From Blepharisma stoltei ATCC 30299 (taxonomy: Eukaryota > Protista > Ciliophora), in NCBI GenBank assembly GCA_965603825.1, contig CBFDEM010000039.1, positions 310,001 through 374,000 on the forward strand: DNA of 64,000 bases, written 5' to 3'. The position numbers were made by a program, and so were the translations under genes. The notes beneath the pieces are model-generated. The model was not told where the DNA came from, ran no database searches, and saw nothing but the letters and a program-made list of their open reading frames with translations. Positions 1-13,300 of this stretch are shown here, piece after piece. The stretch's first letter is position 1; every line of letters begins with the position of its first letter.

Positions 1-223
1 GCTAGTGTGTGTTCTTAATAATTATTTATTTCTCTCTTTCTTGTAAACCATCATTAAGCTAAATATTTTAAGATCCAATAATAAATTTAATCTAGATTTT
101 ATATATTGATTAAAATAAGGCTTAAGTAAAAAATATAAATTTTTGATTAATGCCTTTAGCTCGATAATGAGGAGCATCTCAAGAAAAATTTAAAATTAGT
201 TACATATTATGATATTTAATTAT

Positions 224-1192
224 TTAATTATTGATTAAGATAATTTCAACAGGGTGATGATCACTTCCTATAATATCATTATGAATCAAACTATCTCTCA
301 CTCTTGATATCAACGCTTGGCTTACTACAATATAATCCAATCTCCAACCCATATTTTCGCTTTTCGCTCTTGGATTTTTCGTGCTATACCAAGAATACTT
401 CCTTTCACTAGGATAAAGATGTCTAAAAGAATCTACAAATCCTTCAGCCAATGTTTGAGTAAACTGCTCTCTTTCTTGTGGTGTGCATCCAGCACATTTT
501 TCTTTTCCATTCATATTATAGATATCTATATCTTGATGGACAACATTTAAATCTCCAAGCCAAATAACGCTTTTCCCCCTTGCTTCTAATTGCTTTAAAT
601 AATTTCTAAAATCATTATCCCATTCTTGTGTTCTATAAGATAGTCGATCTAGTTTTTGGCCAGCATTAGGAACATAAGTAGAAATAAGGAAAAAAGTGTC
701 AAATTCGGCTGTTATAACTCTTCCTTCATCATCATGCTTACGGCGACCAAGTCCTGTTACAATGCTAATTGGCTCAATTTTACTCAAAATTGCAGTCCCA
801 GAATAACCTTTTTTAGTTCGACTGCAAGATCAATATTGGTAAGGAAATGCTGGGAAATTATTTTTGAAATCTTGGATATTTGTATCTTGGAGTTTAGTTT
901 CATTGAAGCATAAGATATCGATATTATCGCGACCTGTAAAAGTGATGAAGGATTGCTTTTTAATGCAAGCACGAATCCCATTAACATTCCAAGAGACTAT
1001 ATGAATTTCTGGGCTTGAAAATATGCCTAGGCTGCTTGTTTGAATTTTAGCATCTTCAGAAATTAGTTTAGCCTGTTTGGAAGCTTTGGCAGGGATTTTT
1101 TCTTCTTCAGAATCAGAAACTTTTCTCTTTGCAGGCTTCTTAGCTTCATCACTCTTTTTAGCTCTACTTTTAACTGGCTTCTTTTCTTTCAT
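224..1192 (-). CDS. APEX1: AP endonuclease / exodeoxyribonuclease III family (APE1-like), 322 aa, with Lys-rich N-terminal extension
   Basis: ORFs 830..1192 and 224..787 are in frame, joined by TGA=Trp at 830-832 (PYQYWSCS..KGYSGTAI). Motifs present: SWNVNGIRA, LCFNETK, YVPNAG, GDLNV, WRLDY, SDH. Confidence 0.93.
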
Positions 1193-1366
1193 ATTAATTG
1201 GAGAAAATCAATAATTATATAATGGGGTAACTGAAGTTTTTAATAAAATTTTATTATAATAATTTAATAGATTTTTCCCTAAATTAATTAAAATTGGATT
1301 TTTTTCAGTCATAAATTAATTAGATTAACTTATTTTGGAATTTTCTTTTTGGCTCGAAAAAGTGCT

Positions 1367-1900
1367 ATGAGCAGTGATCCTAATAAATGATGTAGCAATA
1401 AAAATATAGTTTTACTCCCAGATGCTCTTAAATAATACAAGTTATGCTATAACTCCTTAGAGTTGTTAAATTATAAATGTAATTTAATGATGGCTCTTGA
1501 TATGAGCCAATGCCATTAAGAACGTTTTATTCCTGAATTTAATTATTTGTTATGCAATATTAATTATTATAGTGCGTGTAAAGCAAACCTTCCAAAATCG
1601 GTATGAAACCTTTGTAGATTTGTGCAAGCTCAACTGAGACCCTAGGTATAATTTCTGCTATCAATGCTTCGATTCAAACAATTACTGCACGAATCTAAAT
1701 TTATTTGGTCTTTCTGTATATTACTACAACTATTTATCATCATTTGGCTCCTTTTATTATGTAACTTCTAAAAACACAATAATTCACCTTCTGGAGAAGG
1801 AACAATTAATTAGCCATTTGAAACAATAAATTATTCATTACCTTCAATAAAAGCCAAATATAGCGTTATTAATCTAAAGAGCAATGGATCATACAGACTT
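1367..1900 (+). pseudogene. Inverted, decayed fragment of the LNR/beta-helix receptor gene at 10340-17510 (matches about 16050-16612)
   Basis: Shared nucleotide blocks ATGGCTCTTGATATGAGCCAATG, TGTGCAAGCTCAAC, TGCACGAATCTAAATTTATT, CTCCTTTTATTATGTAACTTCTAAA and CCATTTGAAACAATAAA. In-frame TAA/TAG and indels are present. Ends are approximate. Confidence 0.85.
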
Positions 1901-2325
1901 TATAGATCCTCTGGCTTGATATTAGACCAAATTGAAAAATAAAATCAATGGATGCAAGTAAAGTTCCTATCTTTCTTGATGGAGCAGATGCAACCTCTAT
2001 TATGTTTCTCTGCTCTTTATAATTTTTTATGGAACTTATGTGCTATGAATTAATATTTTATTATAAATGTCATACTATCTTATTTTTATGATGTTTAAAT
2101 TGCATAAAGATTAATATATTAAATCGCTACATTAACCTTGTAGATTTTTCACAGTGAATACTCAAACTTGCTATATCCTTCAATGACTCATTCATCAGCA
2201 CAATTGCTAGTATTATAAGTTTTATTTCGCCTACTGCTGATTAAAATTTAATCTATATATTGTATTTTATTATTGAGCGAATATGGATTGCTTAATTGCA
2301 GTTAATTTTATTGTTATATTTTTAA

Positions 2326-5300
2326 TTAATTATCGTTTTGACTAGATAGAGCGCTATTTTCAGAAGGGTTCGGATCAGCTTCTCGAAAATTGATTCTATT
2401 ATTTGAATTATTTCCAAAGCATTCATTTTCGATTTCTTGAGAGCTATTGATGATTCTACTAGCTGTGATATGCGTATAATCCATATGCTTATTCTTTGCA
2501 TCTTCACTTATACTATCTTCGATAATATAATTTGTTTTTGCTTCAGATTTTCTGAATAAAATGTTTCTTATCAATAAAAACTTCTCTTTAATTAATTTCA
2601 GAAATTCACTAAAGATTCGTAGTAAACTATAAATAATGAAAGAAACATTTGAACACAATGCTATTATAAATACAAAAACTGTTCCAGGATATTCTAATTC
2701 ATCAGTCAAAAAGAAAAGACCAGTGCACGCTGTAATTAATAAAGTAAATTTAGAAAATAGTTCCACTTCGTTTGAACGCTTGTCTGCAAATGGTTTATTT
2801 TTATTTTGTAAAATAAGGAAAAAAATTAATAAAATCGTAACTGCAAGAGCTTGGATAGAAATTGAGATGTTTGATAAGAACACCGAAAAGCTTATCAACG
2901 CAATTTTGCAATATAAAATCACTAATTCTCAATAAAAGTATTGCTTAGTAAAACCATTGTAGAGGAAGCCATATCTTAATTTGACTGCTGTTTCTTCTAA
3001 TCTGTTCTTACATCTATTTAACTTTGCCAGCCAAATTGCTGGGACAAGAATTCCTCAAACTATGATTGCAGGCAGAGCTATCAAATATGAAAAAAAGACA
3101 TGATCAAAATCCCAGCATTGAATATCAAGATCAATATTAAGTCAATACTCATCAGAATTTATTTCTCTACAACTAAAAATACTGAGCAGAGTTTCAATGA
3201 GACCCGGGTAGATCAAAAATACTAAAATAATTGAGGTGGAAACTAGACTATCAGAAATCGGTTTTCAGATTCTTAATTTTATCTTATAGTATAATATTCA
3301 TCACAAAAAGCATAAAACTCATAGCATTATAGGTATAAAGCTAATAAATATAAGTTTGGTATAAAATATTTTTATTTTCAGATTTGATTTTTGAAAAAGG
3401 CAATCCAAAGAAAATAGTTGCTCTCCAACATAATTCATGCTTAATTCTATATAAAAAAGCTTCATTAATCATCGTGGCCAATTTAAATTGAAGGTTGTGA
3501 TGATTATTATAATATGTAAATAATTCCAAAATATTTTGATGTTAACTGAAGTAAATGTTGAAAGCCCTAGGATAGAATTTTTTACAGCTTTTATGGTTAA
3601 TAATGTAATAATAAAAAAAATAATAATAAATCCAAACATTCTCATGATATTGACATCAGTATCAGGGCATTTTTGGCATTCATTTTTATAGAGTCTTGAA
3701 TATCCAGAATCGCAAGATTGACACATGTTCCCTTTATAGCCTTTTTTGCAGATTCCTGTATATGAAATATTATTGAGGTCTGGGGATCCCAAACAAGCTG
3801 GAGGGTATGGGCATTTCCAAAAATGATCAGTATATTTATTATCTCTCCAATATCCATAATGAGGGACAATTGTATAATTTCCATAGCAATCAGCATGATC
3901 AGGGCAGGCAAGGCATGCAGTATTGTTTGGATTTAAACTATAATAAGGCTTTTCACAAATCAAACAAGTAATATTTACAGTTGCCTCTCCAAATTCGCAT
4001 AAACGGACTTTTACGTCTGCATAAAAATCTTGACTAGATGATGAATAGCCGTCTGATTCTTTAATGGCAGAAGTATAAATCTCTATTTTAGTTAAGGATC
4101 CTGGCTGAGCTGTGATGACATAATCAGTGAAGCTAAAAATTCCATTAGCTGCTGTTGCTAGAGTTATTCCAAAAAGAATTGTATCTGAACTAGCGCTGAG
4201 CATTTGTGCTTGACTTATGTTGTCTGTTTTAACAATCTGATTATAGTGATCAACTAAAGCAAATTCAATAGGTTTATTGCTTTTTTGACCCGAAGCAATC
4301 CCATCTATAGTCGGTGATTGTAATGAAGCCTTTTTCGTGTTTTTAATTTCTTGATATGCCATCATAATAGGGAATGAAGCAATGTCATTTCCATATTCTG
4401 CAGAATTTCTTTCAAAGTTATTATATATAATCATTGGCTCAGCGTCTTTCCAACTGATAGCCCCTCCATTATAAACTGCTGCATTTTCCGTAAAATTGCT
4501 ATAAGATACATTAAAAAAGCATATGCCAAAATCCTTGCAGCTAAAGTTAATTCCACCTCCAATCCCATCGATCACTCCATTATCATTATTTTTTAATCCA
4601 GATGAATCTGCAAAATTTTTGATAAATTTAGATGAAGAAACAGTAAAATTTAAATTTTCAATATAAACCGCTCCTCCATTTATAGCTTTGTTACTTGAAA
4701 ATTCAGATGAGGATATCGCATATTGATCTCTCGGAAAATCTTTTTCAGTAGCAAAATAAACTGCCCCTCCATATTCTGATGCAAAATTACTATCAAATGA
4801 GCATGAATCAATTATTAATGACATACACTTAAAACAATAAATAGCTCCTCCATTTGATCCTGATCCTTCAGAAAATTCTGAAGACTTAATTGTCAATAAA
4901 TGTAGTTCTTCGCTATAAATAATATTTTTGGTTGATTTTTTAAATAGTGAATTTTCTATTTTGATACGACTGTTATATGAATCAATTGAAGATCCTTGAG
5001 AATTTTGAATTACTGTATCATTAAGATATAATGAGCTTTCTTTGTAAATAAAGATAGCTCCTCCATTGCTTGAAGCTATATTAGAAAATAATGATTTCAA
5101 AATAGTTACAGTGCTTGAAATAGAAAAAATAGCAGTTCCTGAACTAGTCGAAAATCCATTTGCAAAGCTCGATTCCTCAATTACAGCATTGCTATTTGCA
5201 TTTATCTCTATAAAGCATCCTTGCTTTCCAGATTGATCTGAAAAGCTTGTATTTAGAATAGTGATGTTTGAAAAAGATAAGCCAATTCCTGCATTATTTT

Positions 5301-8300
5301 CATCTGCAAGGTTATGATGAAAAGTTGAAGAAACAAGTGCTATGACTGATGATAAAAGTGAAATAGTTCCACCATTTTGGGCCCTATTTTCATTAATGTC
5401 GCAATTATTTATTACTGAAGTATGTTTTGAGCATCTAATCATAGCAAATACAGATCCCTTATTTTTACTATAATTTTTCTCGATTTTTGAATCTTTGATA
5501 ATAAAAAATGAATCTGACTCAGCATAAGCGATGCCCCCTGCATTAGTTGCATAATTTTCAATTAAAGTGCATGATATACAATAAAATTCAGATTCGTAGC
5601 TTAATGATGCAACTCCTCCATTTATTGTGCTTGTGTTATTATAGAAAAAAGCATTTTTTAGATTCATGATTGCTGAATTTTTTAATGTTGCTACAGTTCC
5701 AGATAAATCTGAATATCCGTGCTGAAATGTGGAATTATTATCTATTAGTGTATCATTGTCTAAGGAAAAAATAGAACCAAGATTGTATTCAAATAAACAA
5801 TACTCCGTTTCCAACGTTGAATTTTTATTTTCATCGCTTAATAAAATAGTGACGGATGCTTTATTCCATCGAAAAACACAAGAATTTAAAACAACTTTTG
5901 ATGGAATTTCTTCAATATTTTCATTGATTGCAACATGAAGAGCTGAGCTATATGATCCTTTATTTTCAATAAAATTAGAATTATCAATAGAAAGGATTCC
6001 ATCGAAATAAGAAATAAAAAGAGAGCCTGAGAGAGATGCATCATTTTCTTTGAATGTGCAATTATTTAATAGAGAGTTACTTGATAGTTTTATAGAATTT
6101 CCAATATAAATGCAAGCCCCGTTAAATGCTTTATTTTTCAAAAATGTTGAATTGCTGATTGATAAAGCCATTTTTGTATTTGAATAAAACTTTTTATTCA
6201 AATAAATTGACCCACCGTTGAGAGAGCAAGAATTATTTTTAAAATATGTATCCGAAACAATAAATTCTAAATCGGAAGTAGTCAAACTTTGGGGCACTAT
6301 TCAATGGATAGCTCCTCCAGATAGTTCAGGTGATTGATTTGATTCAAAATGACTATAGTTGATATGCAGGTTTTGACCTGAAAAATATAAAGCACCTCCT
6401 GAATCGCCACTATTTTTTAAAAAAATGCAGTTTTCTACCAATAATGTACTGCTGTTTGTGAAATCAATTGCTCCTGGACTTCCATTTAAATAATTTACAT
6501 TGTTTATGAATTTTGAGTTTTTGATAGTTGCTGAGTTAAGATTTTGTAAAGATAAACTGATCCCAGCAGTTCCTGCACCTACATTTCATTCAGAATCTAA
6601 TGAGTCAATAAGAATCGATGTTGTATTATCAATGATAATTGCAGGTGATGATCTGCTGCAATAATTATTGACTGTGCTGATGTTCTGCATTAAGAGATTA
6701 ACTGAACCACTTATTAAAGCCATTGATTTGCAGGACAGATGTACTGGATTTGACACTTCAAGTTTTAAATAAATATAAGGATTCCTAATGAAGTTTAGCA
6801 AAACTATTGAATTGACATTGTCCTCTTTATAAGATTTATCTCCATTATCTTTTATTTGAATATCTTCTATGTCTATATTGGTCATTTGCTTTATTTCTAT
6901 TAATCCGTCTGCTCCTGATAAATTATCTTGAAAAGTCAGATTCTTCAATGTGAGGAAATTAGGTAAATATTTTACAGCAATAGTAATCCCACTTGGAGTA
7001 GTCGCATTTATGTATTTTCCTTTGGCAATTGCATCTTTCATTGACTCACTTCAGATTGATATTATACTACTGGTTTCAGCTCCATTTGAAATAAAATATG
7101 AAGACTCTATCAATATATTTTGCGTTTCATTATAATAATGTGCAGAAAAAATCCCATTTGATTTTCCATAATTTGATATAAAATGTGTATTGTTTATATG
7201 AATATGAGTAAGAGTCGAATATTTTATGATTTCTGCTTCATCGAATTCAATTTTATAGTAGCTATTCGTGTTTTGGATATTGATAATGCCTAGTTCGCAG
7301 TAGTTATATGAAAATGTGCAAGAATCAATTACTAATGTTTCAAATCATCCAAGAGCAATTAAAGAGGCTGAATTCAGGATATTCAATGGGTTTTGATATA
7401 TCATATTATACTCAAACTCCACATTTTTTATTACTACAGATGTGATATTTGGAGCATATAAAAATCCTCTTAAATTAATTGGATCTCCGAGTTCATAACC
7501 ATTATTTAGCCTGCTCACTTTACCATAATTATAGAAGAATGTTCCCGGAGTAGGATCATAAAAATAATAATCACTCAGGGAAGCAACAAAAAGTATAACT
7601 CCAGAATTCTCAATTTCAGCCAATTTTATGTTATCAAAATTTACATTATTGAGGACAACATTGCTGCTGCCTGCTATTTTCATTAGGGCAGTATGGCCAA
7701 ATCGAAAATTTTGAAAAGTTACATTTTTAAGGATCAGATTACTATTGGCAATTAAGAATCAATAAAAATCTTTTTGATATTCGCAATAAGCTGAACTCAA
7801 GTACTCATAAATTTCTTCATGCCTATCGTTATAACGCATATAATTTTCTGAATTTGAGAATATATACGGGCAGTACTCACAGTATGGACTACCACCGCAG
7901 GTAATGAAGTTTTTCCCATCAAATATCAAGTTTCTCATTTCTAATGAAGAATACCAGAACTCAAATAATTTTTGGTAAAATGCAGTATCAGGGTTTCGCT
8001 GTCTAATTCTTATTTGATTTCTACTCCAAGAAGCGATAAGAACGTTTTTTGACGATTTTTTGTAATCAAAATAGCCTCACGTATAAATATCATCAAAATT
8101 TAGATCAATGAAGTAATCCCCATCATCTAAGAGATAAATCGTTGTATAAGCATTTGTAGAAAAATATAAAGCAACAAGAAAGTGCCGATATGGAGATCAT
8201 CTAGTTCCTTCGCCTTTATAAATATCAGAGCCAGCAATTGATGTTGCGAAATATATATGTGGATTATTAGCTGATGAAATGTCATAACTTGGAACATAAA

Positions 8301-9579
8301 CTAAAGACCCATCAGGAAATTGTGTACGTGGGTTATTTCCAACATGAATGCAGAATCCGAGATATAAAAATTGTGCTTTACATGAAAGACACATTAGATA
8401 ATTTTGGCCGACATAAACTCTCGAACAATCAGGATCTTGTATAACATAAAAATTGCAGTTACCATTTGCAAAATTGCATTCAAGTATATTGCATTCCCAA
8501 AAACAGTTTTTCATGTCAAAAACTTTGCCAATATTGCAAGCATAATTCGAGGCCTTAAAGCAATTTTCTAAGTATGCAATATATTGGAAATCTTGGCGTA
8601 TGATTTGCTGATATGAAGAAAAAATTGCTAGGCCATTATTTTGGCATCAAGAATTTGGATATTGAGTTATTCTATCAAAATTGCAATTAGCTACTAAGCA
8701 TTCTGGCTTACATTTTCCATAATCTAAATAAGTGCAGTCTTTTGAGCATGCGCAGTCTTTATAGTCATACTCACAATCATAATTATTGCATTCAGGATTA
8801 CAAATTCCATTCCCTAACATTTCTGGATAACATCCACTAGCGCAAGCTCCACAATCATGACTATCTAGAACACAATTTCAATTATTACACGCTGGATCAC
8901 ACTTCCCATCACCAAGCATGGAATCGAAGCACCCTGGAGAACAGTCACAATCATATCCGTCAAAGTTGCACTCAGGTACATGGCAAGCCTCATCACAAAT
9001 TGAGTTTCCGTACATTCACATAAAGCAGCCAGGTGCGCAAATTCAATTAGCGCAATCACCAAAATCAAAATTGCATCCAGGAAATGCACACTCGAGGTTG
9101 CAGACTCCGTTGCCTAATAAATTAGAGGAGCACCCAGGCTGGCACTCATTACAAGACCCAGACCCATAGTAGCAGGATGGCACATTACAATCAGGGTAGC
9201 ACTTTTCTTGAAGTCTGGCTTCTGTGCCTAAATAAAATTTACATGAAGGAGCGCAATACCCACAATCTCCTCAATCATAACCGCAATTCATAGTATTGCA
9301 AATGTCATTACAGATTCCATCCCCAAGCATTTCCTTATTACAGCCATCTATATAAATGCAGCTTCAGTAACAATCTGAGCTTTCTTTATTGACCAGTCCA
9401 TCAACATAAATGCTTGAGTCATAATTGCAATAAGGTTTCATGCATTCTGGGTTGCAATGGCTATTTCCTTTCTGATTGATAATTACTTTTACATCTGGGC
9501 ATTCTCACAAATTGCATGAAAGTTTTCCATTCGCATATGTGCCAGCTATTCAGTAGAAAAAGACCCAAAGAATCGCCAT
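2326..9579 (-). CDS. Receptor-like giant membrane protein, copy A1 (~2,412 aa): signal peptide, ~8 LNR-like repeats, PMP-type beta-helix repeats, Cys-rich region, multi-pass TM module
   Basis: The main listed ORF pieces (2326, 3469, 6586, 7345, 8197) share one frame and the internal breaks checked are TGA. Starts MAILWVFFYWIAGTYA. Contains GNG.C...C....C.YD.GDC repeats, many GGAI/FxxN motifs, GYW..C..GY.G..C..C..GY, L..D....CW...H and YW E motifs. Probable 15-nt intron at 9472-9486. Confidence 0.9.
9472..9486 (-). other. Probable 15-nt spliceosomal intron (in frame, no stop)
   Basis: GTAATTATCAATCAG with A at position 10. It lies at the same phase-0 site as the frame-required 16-nt introns of paralogs A2 and A4. 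Confidence 0.7.
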
Positions 9580-10339
9580 TATTTATAAGTAATATTACTT
9601 CTGTCATTATTTAATTTAAGAGATATAGGTGGGTATAAAAAAATAAAAAATTTTGGTCAAATAAATTTCATGGAATACAGAGTAAGCTTGAAACTTAAAT
9701 CAATTGAGAGAGCATTTAGATAGTTTTCTACTAATAAATTTTGCTACTATTTGTTGATACATTTTGGATTAAATTGCCTATGACATTTTGATGTTGATCT
9801 TTTTATTATGATAAATTTATGAAGTAATTTAGATTATGAAAAATATATTGAATGCATTTTAGTAAGATAGTTTTAGAATTATAAGAAATATGTTGAGTAT
9901 TTAAAGAGTCTAAAATCTAATCCCTTGACTCTTTTCTTGAAAGAATAACTTAGCAAGTTTATTTTAGTTTAAGAAGTTATAAACATATCAGATAATCATG
10001 CTCCCAAAAAAAACAGATAAATAATAAGATTTACACATATTTATTATGAATGCTTATAACTATATAAGCAATAAAGTCACTCAATAAAGTTGTCAGGATA
10101 CAAATGTAAGTAATAGATTAAGAAAACACAATTTAATTTTAGAAATTATGTATTTAATTTCTATTTCATTCTTAGATCATAAAATCCAACTAATATTTTA
10201 TTGTATTTCTTCTTTATTTCAGATATTCAGGCAAATTTTTTTATAAGAAGTAGGCTAAAAGTATTTTATTTTTATATTTTAAGGAAATTGACGAAACCCA
10301 AAAGAAGCAAACCCAGTCATATTATAATTTTTTAATATT

Positions 10340-13300
10340 TTATCTTTTATTAAGACTCTCATCATAATCGATGCTTATTTCATTTTTCTGGCTTTCATTA
10401 TTACTTAGATAGGATTGCTCATTGCTTAAACTGGCTTCAAAATTTTCATTCGATCCATGATGGCTTATAATGATTTGGCTTCTAATTTTTTCGATATCTG
10501 GATCGTTAGAAATTCTATAGCGGCTTCGCCAAATTTTGGTTTTTTGATAAATAAAACAAAAAAGCACTCTGAAAATGCAAAAAGTCCAGTAGGCCAAGAA
10601 GTAGCAATTAGCAATAAGAATGATAAAAAAGAAGAATAAGCTAGCATTATCTCCAAGAGACCCAGTCAAATAAAATAATCCACTATATACTGTAATAACG
10701 CACACAAACTTAGCTTGCAGCTCTAAATGGTTTAAGTTCGCCTCAACATAAGGACTATTAGAATACTGGATATGCAAAAATACTGTCAAAAGTATTGCTG
10801 CAATCAGCGCTTGAATTTTTGGTGCAATGTTTGTCAAAAAGACAGAACAGCAGATTAGAATAATTTTGCTGTAGATGATAATGAATTCCCAATAATATTG
10901 CTTTAAATGATATCCATTAAATAAAAACCCATAACGAAGTCTCACATTTAGTTCCTCCAAGTGTCCTCTCTTCCTAATTAGGGCAACCAAGCAGATAGTA
11001 GGCAATAATATTCCCCAGAAAAGAATAGATGGCAAAGAGACCACCAAAACGTAAAATTTATGCTCATCGTCCCAGCATCTTATATCAAGGTCTTCTTCTA
11101 GCCAATATTCTCCTGAATTAATTTCTGTGCAATTAAATGAAGCAAACATTTTTTTAATAATGCTAGGATGTACTAAAAATAAAAGAATAATGCAAGTAGA
11201 AATATAATCATCCCAAAAATTCTTAAGTGATCTTTGCTTAAGCTTGATTATAATCCAAATAATAATTGCTAAAATGGCCATGAGTATTGGAATTAAAGAA
11301 ATCATGATGAGGCTCTTATAGAAGACCTTACTATACGAATTTTCATCCTCTAAAAGGCATTGGAAAGAATAAAGTTGCTGATAGATGTAATCTGTGCTTG
11401 ATTGGATATAAAATAGCTTTAAAATTTCACTAGGTCAATTCAATTTGAAAGTAGAGGTCAAAATGACCATTTGTAAATAATTCAACAAAATTCTAATATA
11501 GATTGATGTCAATGTCTTTGGCTTGAATGCCGACTTTATGGTTGCTCTTACCATAATGGAGACTAATATAAATAATGCAATTGCGATTGCTATTATAATC
11601 GCTAAGTTTTTAGCAAATGAAGGGCATTCTTCACATTTGTTTGCACTTGTACGAGAAAATCCAGCTTTGCATGATTGGCACTTATTTCCTTTATATCCAA
11701 AGTTGCATAAACCAGTATAAGATACATTTTTAGGATCAGGAGATCCCAAACAAGCATGATGATTTGGGCATTTTCAAAATTTATCTGTGTAAGCATTATC
11801 TCTTCAGTATCCTGGCTTTGGAGCCATTTGATAGCTTCCAAAGCATTGTGCATAACTTGGACAGCCTAGGCATTGAGTTGCTATAGTTGCTAAGCTATAA
11901 TATCCATATCCACAAACTTCGCAATTTTTTCCAGCCTTGATTTCTCCAATTTCACAAACTCTCAGTTCAATATTAATCAGCAAATTTTGATCAAAAACTG
12001 GATTACCTGATTTAATTTTTTTATTATTGTCAATAGCAGAGGTAAATACTCCAATAGTCACATTTAATCCTGGCTCATCCGAAATTCTGTACTGAGAAAA
12101 AGTAAAAATACCTTTATGCGCTTTAACTTTGGTGATCCCTGCTATAATTGTACTCACATTTTGTGATTTTAATTCACCAAGACTAGCATTGTCAGTTGTT
12201 ATGATTTGGTTCATATTGTCAACAAGCGCAACCATTATAGGCTTTTTGCTATCTTGTCCAGGTGCAACTGATAATAAACTGAAATTTGAGATTGGGATAT
12301 CTTCTAATCTCCTTCTATTCTTATAGCCTTCTAATTCTCCATTTTCATTTACGCTCATAAGTTTAATAGGGTAGGAAGAGTAATCATTTCCATACTCAGC
12401 CACATTATTCATGAAATAATTATCATTTAGTTTCGGTTTTCAGTCATCTCAATTGATGGCACCTCCATTATAAGTCGCGGAGTTTCCAGTGAAGTTGCAT
12501 GATTTAATGCTAAATTTGCACTCTTCACTTTTTATGCAGCTCAGCTTGATTGCTCCTCCAATGCCCTCAGTTATTTCAGACTCATAAAAGTCTTGATTTG
12601 AAATTGCTTTATTACTAGTAAAAGTTGTTGTCAATATGGATCCACTTAGATCATTTATATATAATGCACCTCCTTTATTTGCTGAATTTTCAGTAAATGA
12701 GCACGAAGATATTTCATAAGTGCTACTATGTGATGTTTGACTATCAAAGTATATGGCACCTCCAGCAAGTGAGGCTTCATTATTATTGAATGAGCAAGAT
12801 TTAATTTTTATGTTCCCACATGAATAGCAGTATACTCCGCCACTTAATCTTCCATTTCCATTTGACATTGAAGATCTTGAAATTTCGAGTTTTTCTAGAT
12901 AGCTCCCATATATTCCAGATTTTGAAAAATTATTTAATGTGAAATTTTCTATGGTTAATGGTGTTTGGTATGCATAAATAATTCCGCCTTCCAAACTATG
13001 GGAATCTGAAATTTTGGAGTTTTTTATTGTTAAAGATACATCTAATGAGGAATAAATAACTCCTCCAGAATTCAAGGAAGATAAATCTTTAAATTCTGAA
13101 TTTTCTATTTCAACAGAGCTTGATGATGAGTATATTGCACCTCCTGAATCATTTGAAATCCCATATGAAAATATAGAATTCTTTATGTAAACATCACTAT
13201 TAATAGAAGTATAAATAAAGCAGCCTAGAGTACAGCTCTGGTTGGAAAAATGGGAATTTAAGACACTCAAGTTTGAAAGTGACAATTTAATTCCACCTTG

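Noticed and set aside
3469-6297. Bacterial (Chlamydia Pmp / autotransporter) origin or contamination
   Set aside because: The repeats sit inside intron-bearing genes with eukaryotic LNR and TM modules, among Rab, eIF4E and H1-like genes, and there is no autotransporter barrel.
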